Assembly (NCBI GenBank): GCA_965238175.1
Contig: CBDEGZ010000003.1
Coordinates: 222,076 to 286,075, forward strand
Reading direction: 5' to 3'
Source: Gammaproteobacteria bacterium
GTDB lineage: Bacteria > Pseudomonadota > Gammaproteobacteria > CAJXQU01
DNA length: 64,000 nt
Below, one piece after another: positions 58,493 to 64,000 of this stretch; the first letter of the stretch is position 1, and each line of letters opens with the position of its first letter. The notes beneath the pieces are model-generated. The model did not search any database. It saw nothing but the letters and a program-made list of their open reading frames with translations, and had not been told where the DNA came from. A program made the translations under genes and the position numbers.

Positions 58493-59467
58493 CTAAGCAA
58501 TTTCTGCTTCATCTGCATCTATAGTTTCAACACTTTTTTCCAGTGAAATAACCGCTGTTACTTCATTTCCTTTATCGTTGTATATCAAATTATCTAGACT
58601 CATCAAATTGGATGAAGCAATGCCTCTACCATGAGTATCGAAAACACGTTCAGGACTAAACTCCATGTATTTTCCCCAGTCAAAACCTTCCCCTTGATCC
58701 CTAATTATTATTGTTATATTTTTTTTATTACGCTTAAATGTCACATTGACAAATTTTTCCTTATTTTCAGGTAAGGCCAAACGTCTATCAACCTCATCTT
58801 TCCATTGACCTTTTTTATCTAGCTCAGACTTTTCATGATAGGTGATACCAATATTGCCATGCTCTACAGCATTTACGAATAGCTCGGACAAACCAATAAC
58901 AACTTTTTGTGGTTTTGGACAAGTTCTTGCCAAATACGTTGCTAAAGACTGCGCTTCATCTAATGTCTGGAATTGAAACTGCGCGTAATTTATCATCCCT
59001 GCTGAAATAATACTTTCCATTAAAGACTGTTGAACGCGAACAGCTTTTTTACTTTCCGCAACGGCGCTCCCTACCATTGACAATAAAACATCTTCATCAA
59101 ATGGCTTCGTCAAATAAAAATATGCGCCAGCGTCAATCCCTTCTTTAATATCTTCTTTTGTTGATCTTGCTGTTTGTAATATAACGGGTATGTTTTTTAA
59201 GGCAGGATCTTGTTGAATTATTTCCATCAACTCTAAACCTGTCATAACTGGCATCATACGATCAAGTAATAACACATCTATCTTATGCGCAACTAATTTT
59301 AAGATTTCTAAGGCTTCAGCTCCATTACTCGCAAAACTTAGTTTGTAATCTTCATTTTCAAGGTAAAACTCAATAATTTCTCTATTGAGTGGTTCGTCAT
59401 CAACGATGAGGATATGTGGTTTGTTTTCTTGAATAGAATTACATGTCTCGTTCATATTCATTACCAT
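58493..59467 (-). CDS. Response regulator receiver fused to RsbW/SpoIIAB-like anti-sigma-factor serine-kinase (HATPase_c_2) domain
   Basis: REC domain ('ILIVDDEP...LLDRMMPVMTG...LTKP'), then 'LSELFVNAVEHGN...DQGEGFD', typical of GHKL partner-switching kinases. Confidence 0.7.
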   Translation of the reverse strand: MVMNMNETCNSIQENKPHILIVDDEPLNREIIEFYLENEDYKLSFASNGAEALEILKLVAHKIDVLLLDRMMPVMTGLELMEIIQQDPALKNIPVILQTARSTKEDIKEGIDAGAYFYLTKPFDEDVLLSMVGSAVAESKKAVRVQQSLMESIISAGMINYAQFQFQTLDEAQSLATYLARTCPKPQKVVIGLSELFVNAVEHGNIGITYHEKSELDKKGQWKDEVDRRLALPENKEKFVNVTFKRNKKNITIIIRDQGEGFDWGKYMEFSPERVFDTHGRGIASSNLMSLDNLIYNDKGNEVTAVISLEKSVETIDADEAEIA

Positions 59468-59489
59468 TGATTAGTAGTACCTTAATAAT

Positions 59490-60494
59490 TTATGCCGGAT
59501 TTTTTTCAGAAACTGAATTGTTTCTAGCTTTGCTTTTACTCAATTCAGAATCCTGAGTTTTGCATGCTTCTAATAACAAGGAAAATTTAAATATACTGCC
59601 GCCTTCGGGATTTTGTTCAACCCATATATGACCTTCATTTAATTCAATGATACTTTTACAAATTGCTAAACCTAAACCAGTTCCACCTACATATGAGCTA
59701 GTTTTACTACTCTGAATAAACTTATCAAATACTGACTTTAACTCATTATCTGGGATCCCAACACCTTGATCGGCTATAGATACTTCTAGAGCTGGATATT
59801 GTTCTTTATCTATTAACTGAACACTATGGCAGTAGGAAATGGTTATCTCTTTACCATTTTCTGAAAACTTAATCGCATTGATTATAATATTTCTAATAAC
59901 CTGTTCAATTTTAACTGGATCAAAAAAAGCAACTGTCTCACATTCAGGAACTATAATTTTTACGGAAATAGTTTTTTCATCTAAAACCATCTGCTGTTCA
60001 GCCAAGACAATATCAACAACACTTTGTATATCTGACTTTCTACGGCTAATAACAAATTGACCTGATTCAAATTTTGATAAATCTAGCAAGTCATTAAGTA
60101 ATGTTAGTAATTTTTTGCCGCTTATATTTATATTACTGAAATATTTTTCTAACCTTTCTAGCTTACTTTTATCTATATCTTTTTTACCAAAATCTGAAAA
60201 ACTTATAATCGCATGTAGTGGTGTCCTAAGTTCGTGAGACATATTCGCCAAAAATTCACTTTTAGATCGATTGCGCGCCTCAGCTTTTGCTACAACAGCA
60301 TGAAAGCTATTTGTCTTTTCTTCAATGATTCTCTGTAGGTATATATTACGTTCAAACACTGCAAACGAATCACTTGTGTTTTGAATACTGCGCTGAACCC
60401 GATCGCGTAACGCCTTAATCACTTTATCTTTTTTATCTAGTTTCTTCTGCAACTTTTCAATTTCTTTTTCTAACACTTCTTCTGATGAGGTCAT
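59490..60494 (-). CDS. Sensor histidine kinase (coiled-coil N-terminus, HisKA + HATPase_c)
   Basis: H-box 'FLANMSHELRTPLHAI'. N-box 'IRNIIINAIKFS', G1 'DQGVGI', G2 'GGTGLGLAI'. Confidence 0.85.
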   Translation of the reverse strand: MTSSEEVLEKEIEKLQKKLDKKDKVIKALRDRVQRSIQNTSDSFAVFERNIYLQRIIEEKTNSFHAVVAKAEARNRSKSEFLANMSHELRTPLHAIISFSDFGKKDIDKSKLERLEKYFSNINISGKKLLTLLNDLLDLSKFESGQFVISRRKSDIQSVVDIVLAEQQMVLDEKTISVKIIVPECETVAFFDPVKIEQVIRNIIINAIKFSENGKEITISYCHSVQLIDKEQYPALEVSIADQGVGIPDNELKSVFDKFIQSSKTSSYVGGTGLGLAICKSIIELNEGHIWVEQNPEGGSIFKFSLLLEACKTQDSELSKSKARNNSVSEKNPA

Positions 60495-60500
60495 ATCTGA

Positions 60501-61754
60501 TTAACCTCCAATCACGACACCAGTTAATGTTTGGTTTACATGAATAGAATTGAATTGCTCACCATAGGTACTAAACCCCATAAAGTTTAATGGCATCAAG
60601 ATCTCTTCCACTTCATCTTTTATACCCGTTTCAAGAATTTCCATACGACGATGTATACAGTCAAAGCCTAATGTCATTTCAATATGATCAAAATCGTTTA
60701 CTAATGCATTGACTCGTTCAGCCAAGGAATTAACCAAGCCTTCACATTTGCCTACTGTTAGGGGCAGGCCTGCATCCATTGCACATGCAAAAGATAGAGA
60801 TTCATCTGCATGATAATTTTTAATAGATCGTACGTACCATTCATCTCCAACTTGCAACATAACTGGAAACGTCGAATAAACTTCCATAGTCAGCTGTTCT
60901 TTGCTCACACCAATAATTTCTGCTAATTCTGTTGCAGCAGGACCACCATCTATTTCGTAAACAATACGCTTACCAGGGTCTGCTTCGGTTATAGTCATCT
61001 CCATGTTTGAAGGTGTATAGTGCTGCTCTTTAAAAACTTTGAAATTAGACTTGGATTCAATAAGTGCAATTGCAGCTGTACCCGTTTGAAATTTTCCATC
61101 AGAAAAAACCGACGTTTTCGTAAAAGTTAGGCTATCGCCTGCAGAACCGCCAATAACCTCGACTCCGCACAGAGCACTGTGCAAACCTGCTGCAACATGT
61201 TCTTCCATCATAGAAAGACCATCGATGAGTAAAAATCCAAACATTTTATTTGCATCAAACTTGTCTGAAAACTTCAATTGTTTTTTTAGTTTTTCCGCAA
61301 TTTCTGACGCAGCAGCGGTACTAAAAGTGTCCAGTTTATTAATTGTTTCTATGTGAAAGTTAAAAGCAGCCTTCGAAAAGCTTGCCGCAACAATGCCGCC
61401 ATTTTGGTATGTCGAGCCAATTTCTCCTGCGGTTGTACAGCCAATAATCGGACATTCAAAAGTCTCGTTCAGTAAATCTGCCAGCAGCTCGAGATCATAT
61501 TTATCGGAACAGAAAAACGTAATACCTGCCAAGTTATCTGTATGAAGATTATTCCGCATGTATTTAACAACTTCTCGCTCATCTAGAGTTGTAATCTCGG
61601 TACGAAATACATTTCCAACCACTAAAACATCTCCTGCAAATAAACCTGAAATAATCAAATTTTCAGCCACAATAACATTGTAGCGACACCAAGGTTCATA
61701 ACTTAACTTATTAACAAGTACATTTTCTAACGACAGAGCCTCAATAAAACACAC
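60501..61754 (-). CDS. FIST-domain sensory protein (FIST_N + FIST_C)
   Basis: 417 aa. The C-terminal 'LNFMGFSTYGEQF' resembles the FIST_C signature. It is operonic with the HK and the REC-kinase. Confidence 0.6.
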   Translation of the reverse strand: MCFIEALSLENVLVNKLSYEPWCRYNVIVAENLIISGLFAGDVLVVGNVFRTEITTLDEREVVKYMRNNLHTDNLAGITFFCSDKYDLELLADLLNETFECPIIGCTTAGEIGSTYQNGGIVAASFSKAAFNFHIETINKLDTFSTAAASEIAEKLKKQLKFSDKFDANKMFGFLLIDGLSMMEEHVAAGLHSALCGVEVIGGSAGDSLTFTKTSVFSDGKFQTGTAAIALIESKSNFKVFKEQHYTPSNMEMTITEADPGKRIVYEIDGGPAATELAEIIGVSKEQLTMEVYSTFPVMLQVGDEWYVRSIKNYHADESLSFACAMDAGLPLTVGKCEGLVNSLAERVNALVNDFDHIEMTLGFDCIHRRMEILETGIKDEVEEILMPLNFMGFSTYGEQFNSIHVNQTLTGVVIGG

Positions 61755-61850
61755 TTACTTAACATTTTAAATTTAAAAAACCTCTTTTGTGTACGTTTAT
61801 TGCTTTAATCATTATCGAGTAGCACCCAAAAACTAATAGAGGAAGCAATA

Positions 61851-62225
61851 ATGGCGAAAATTTTGGCAGTTGATGACGCTAAACTAATGCGAGAACTTGT
61901 GAGTGTAAGTTTAGCAACACAAGGTCACGAGGTTGTGACTGCAAATGACGGGCAAGAAGCTTTGGATTACGCAAAGAATAATTCTGTTGATTTAGTTATA
62001 AGTGATGTAAACATGCCAAATTTAAACGGCATTAACCTGCTCAAACAACTACGCGAGTTACCACATTATTCAGAAACACCTATCCTTATGTTAACAACTG
62101 AAGATGCTCAGTACCGTAAAGATAAAGCGCGTACTATGGGTGCTAATGGCTGGCTAACAAAACCCTTTGATCCACCAAGATTACAAAGCGCTGTAGAAAA
62201 ACTTCTTATTAAAGCAACAGCATAA
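61851..62225 (+). CDS. Single-domain CheY-like response regulator
   Basis: 'ILAVDDAKLMRELV...DLVISDVNMPNLNG...LMLTTE...TKPF'; Asp pocket present. 124 aa. Confidence 0.85.
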   Translation: MAKILAVDDAKLMRELVSVSLATQGHEVVTANDGQEALDYAKNNSVDLVISDVNMPNLNGINLLKQLRELPHYSETPILMLTTEDAQYRKDKARTMGANGWLTKPFDPPRLQSAVEKLLIKATA

Positions 62226-62265
62226 GTTAAGAACATCTGCTTGAAGAAATAACGCTGCTTTAAAA

Positions 62266-63491
62266 TGTAGAAATTCAGATTTGATCTGACAGTTACCCAA
62301 TTATCAGTAACCGACTGTCAGGTTAAGTTTAATTCACAAACTTTTCCTTCCAGATAGCTTGTCCGTCGATGAGTGTTTCCATCGGCGTCCTCCCGCAGCA
62401 CATTTTGCCTTGGTGAGTTCGTTGAGTATTGTATTTGAGCAACCATTCGTCAAGGTCGAGTTGCAGTTCATCAATCGATTGGTAAATTTTCTTACGCAAA
62501 GCGACTTGATAAAACTCATTGAGGATCGTCTTATGGAATCGCTCACAAATACCATTCGTCTGAGGTGATTTGACCTTGGTTTTGGTGTGTTCGATATTGT
62601 TCAACGCCATATAAAGCTGATAATCATGCTGGTCAGCTCGCCCACAATACTCCGTCCCTCTATCTGTCAAAATGCGCAACATAGGCAAACGTTGTTCTTC
62701 GTAGAATGGGAGGACGCGGTCATTGAGCATGTCAGCTGCCGTAATCGGTGTTTTAGTCGGGTACAGTTTCGCGTGAGCGACCTTGCTGTAAGTATCAACA
62801 AACGTTTGTTGATAAACCCGACCAATGCCTTTGAAAGTACCGACATAGTAAGTATCTTGCGAGCCAAGATAACCAGGGTGTGCCGTCTCTATCTCGCCAC
62901 AAGCCTCATCGTCGTCTTTCTTGCGTTCCATCGCCGCGACTTGAGACTCAGTGAGGATCAAGCCTTCACCAGCTACCTTATCAGACAATGCCTTCAGGCG
63001 ATCTTTAAAGCAAGCAAGACCATGACGAAGCCAGATACAACGAACGCCACTGGGTGAGACAAATGTTCCCCGTTTGCGCAGCTCGTTACTGGTGCGCGTT
63101 TGACCATGTGCGGGCTCTTCCAGTGCATACTCGAGCACAACGGTTTCAATAGCCGGGTCGATTCTGTTTTTAAGATTTGGGGTACGCCGATTACGATCAA
63201 ACAAGGCTTCTACACCGCCTTCATCAGCCGCTTCTTTGTAGCGATAAAATGTATCTCTGGACAAACCCATCATCTTGCAGGCTTTTGAGACATTGCCGAG
63301 TTCTTCAGCGAGATTGAGTAGACCAACTTTATGTTTTATAACTTTGTCATTAGTATGAATCATGAGAGTTACCTCTTTGTGTTTTGATGTTTACGTTGCA
63401 GTTACATCAAAGCGGGTAACTCTCACTAAATCAAGCGTCGCTACGCTCCGCTTGATTTAGTGATGTGTCAGATTGGGTCTAAACTTCTACA
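62266..63491 (-). mobile_element. IS481-family insertion sequence, copy 2 (1226 bp) with 7-bp target-site duplication TTTAAAA
   Basis: Base-for-base near-identical to copy 1, same orientation. Flanked by tttaaaa on both sides (62259-62265 and 63492-63498). Confidence 0.85.
62329..63363 (-). CDS. IS481-family DDE transposase (344 aa)
   Basis: Same protein as 44806-45840 ('SRDTFYRYK' variant). Confidence 0.9.
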   Translation of the reverse strand: MIHTNDKVIKHKVGLLNLAEELGNVSKACKMMGLSRDTFYRYKEAADEGGVEALFDRNRRTPNLKNRIDPAIETVVLEYALEEPAHGQTRTSNELRKRGTFVSPSGVRCIWLRHGLACFKDRLKALSDKVAGEGLILTESQVAAMERKKDDDEACGEIETAHPGYLGSQDTYYVGTFKGIGRVYQQTFVDTYSKVAHAKLYPTKTPITAADMLNDRVLPFYEEQRLPMLRILTDRGTEYCGRADQHDYQLYMALNNIEHTKTKVKSPQTNGICERFHKTILNEFYQVALRKKIYQSIDELQLDLDEWLLKYNTQRTHQGKMCCGRTPMETLIDGQAIWKEKFVN

Positions 63492-63504
63492 TTTAAAAAC
63501 AGCG

Positions 63505-64000
63505 TTATTTTTTTGACTCAAATACCTTCCGTTTACCTTGGTTTTTTATCCTTTCCACCATTTTATTTTTCTGTCCTTGAAAAGGATTGTTACCCTGTCT
63601 AAACTCAATTTTTATTGGTGTACCAACTAATTTTAACGATTTTCGAAAAGCATTCTCGAGATAACGTCGGTAGGATGCAGGAACGGATTTCACTTGATTC
63701 CCGTGGATAACAAATCGTGGCGGATTTTGTCCAGCCATATGAGCAAATCGTAATTTGATCCTGTGATTACGAACAATCGGCGGCTGATGATCAGTAATTG
63801 CTTGTTCCAATATACGATTCAGTTTTGATGTTCCAACTTGAACATTCGCAGAATTGTAGGCTTTATTAATGCTGCCAAATAGATTCCCAACTCCCGTTCC
63901 ATGTAATGCTGAAATAAAGTGTGTTTTAGCAAAATCAATAAAACGCAATTTTCTCTCTAATTCACGTTTAATCCAATCTCGTTGATCTGGTTCCAAACCA
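63505..64000 (-). CDS. der: GTPase Der (EngA), C-terminal part; gene continues past the window edge
   Basis: '...RIKLRFAHMAGQNPPRFVIHGNQVKSVPASYRRYLENAFRKSL.L.GTPIKIEF' is the Der C-terminal KH-like domain. The N-terminus is outside the window. Confidence 0.85.
   Translation of the reverse strand, partial: GLEPDQRDWIKRELERKLRFIDFAKTHFISALHGTGVGNLFGSINKAYNSANVQVGTSKLNRILEQAITDHQPPIVRNHRIKLRFAHMAGQNPPRFVIHGNQVKSVPASYRRYLENAFRKSLKLVGTPIKIEFRQGNNPFQGQKNKMVERIKNQGKRKVFESKK

Noticed and set aside
44743-63491. Calling the IS481-bracketed 16.3-kb segment a bona fide composite transposon
   Set aside because: Each IS copy has its own distinct 7-bp TSD, and the cargo is largely housekeeping (rsmE, bioA, addAB-like). 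Two independent insertions are more parsimonious. It is kept as a finding about recombination potential only.

Overview
The window is a 64-kb chromosomal segment from a low-GC (~40%) Gram-negative bacterium, probably a gammaproteobacterium. It mixes core genes with a large accessory exopolysaccharide / PEP-CTERM region.

The left end (1-10.3 kb) is housekeeping. glnA has a sigma-54 / NtrC-type promoter. A DUF4124 protein follows. An OmpA-like lipoprotein is paired with an ExeA/GspA-like P-loop/DEAQ ATPase that carries TPR and ankyrin repeats. An IS630-type transposase remnant sits before proA-nadD-rsfS-rlmH-maf.

From 10.9 kb to 41.5 kb lies a large cell-surface polysaccharide locus. The upstream part (10.9-15.1 kb) encodes a small degenerate-GGDEF membrane protein, a PglC/WbaP-type priming sugar transferase, a GT2 glycosyltransferase and a Wzx-like flippase. 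Next (15.7-23.6 kb) come a secreted LVIVD beta-propeller protein and a ~1.7k-aa secreted multi-domain giant protein with recent internal tandem duplications. These are followed by a perfect 19-bp x ~26 tandem array and an alginate-lyase-like secreted protein. A PEP-CTERM-tagged beta-propeller protein follows (24.1-25.1 kb). The unusual modification module (25.3-29.7 kb) holds two paralogous APH/kinase-fold proteins flanking a sulfotransferase, plus an HprK-like P-loop protein. A Wzy/O-antigen-ligase-like polymerase lies on the minus strand (29.8-31.2 kb). After an intergenic gap, Wza and a Wzc tyrosine autokinase follow (31.9-35.9 kb); the Wzc ORF opens with an in-frame transposase-like HTH extension. 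The minus-strand operon (36.0-41.5 kb) encodes a GT4 glycosyltransferase, a NodB-type deacetylase, a second HprK-like paralog, an ATP-grasp enzyme and a P-loop kinase.

Beyond this locus lie the divergent soluble (ppa) and membrane (hppA, K+-dependent signature) pyrophosphatase genes. Two identical 1226-bp IS481-family elements, each with a 7-bp target duplication, follow; they are in direct orientation and bracket ~16.3 kb. The bracketed segment carries a pseudogenised unknown gene, rsmE, bioA, a TerB-like gene, rsd, a Hanks Ser/Thr kinase with TPR repeats, a DUF4124 gene, an AddAB-type helicase-nuclease pair and a FIST / histidine kinase / REC-RsbW-like kinase / CheY signalling module. The 3' end of der sits at the window edge.

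The most unusual feature, and the best candidate for an undescribed system, is the PEP-CTERM/EPS locus with its duplicated kinase-fold / HprK-like / sulfotransferase / ATP-grasp modification module. All calls rest on reading the translated ORFs and the DNA by eye. No database searches were run.
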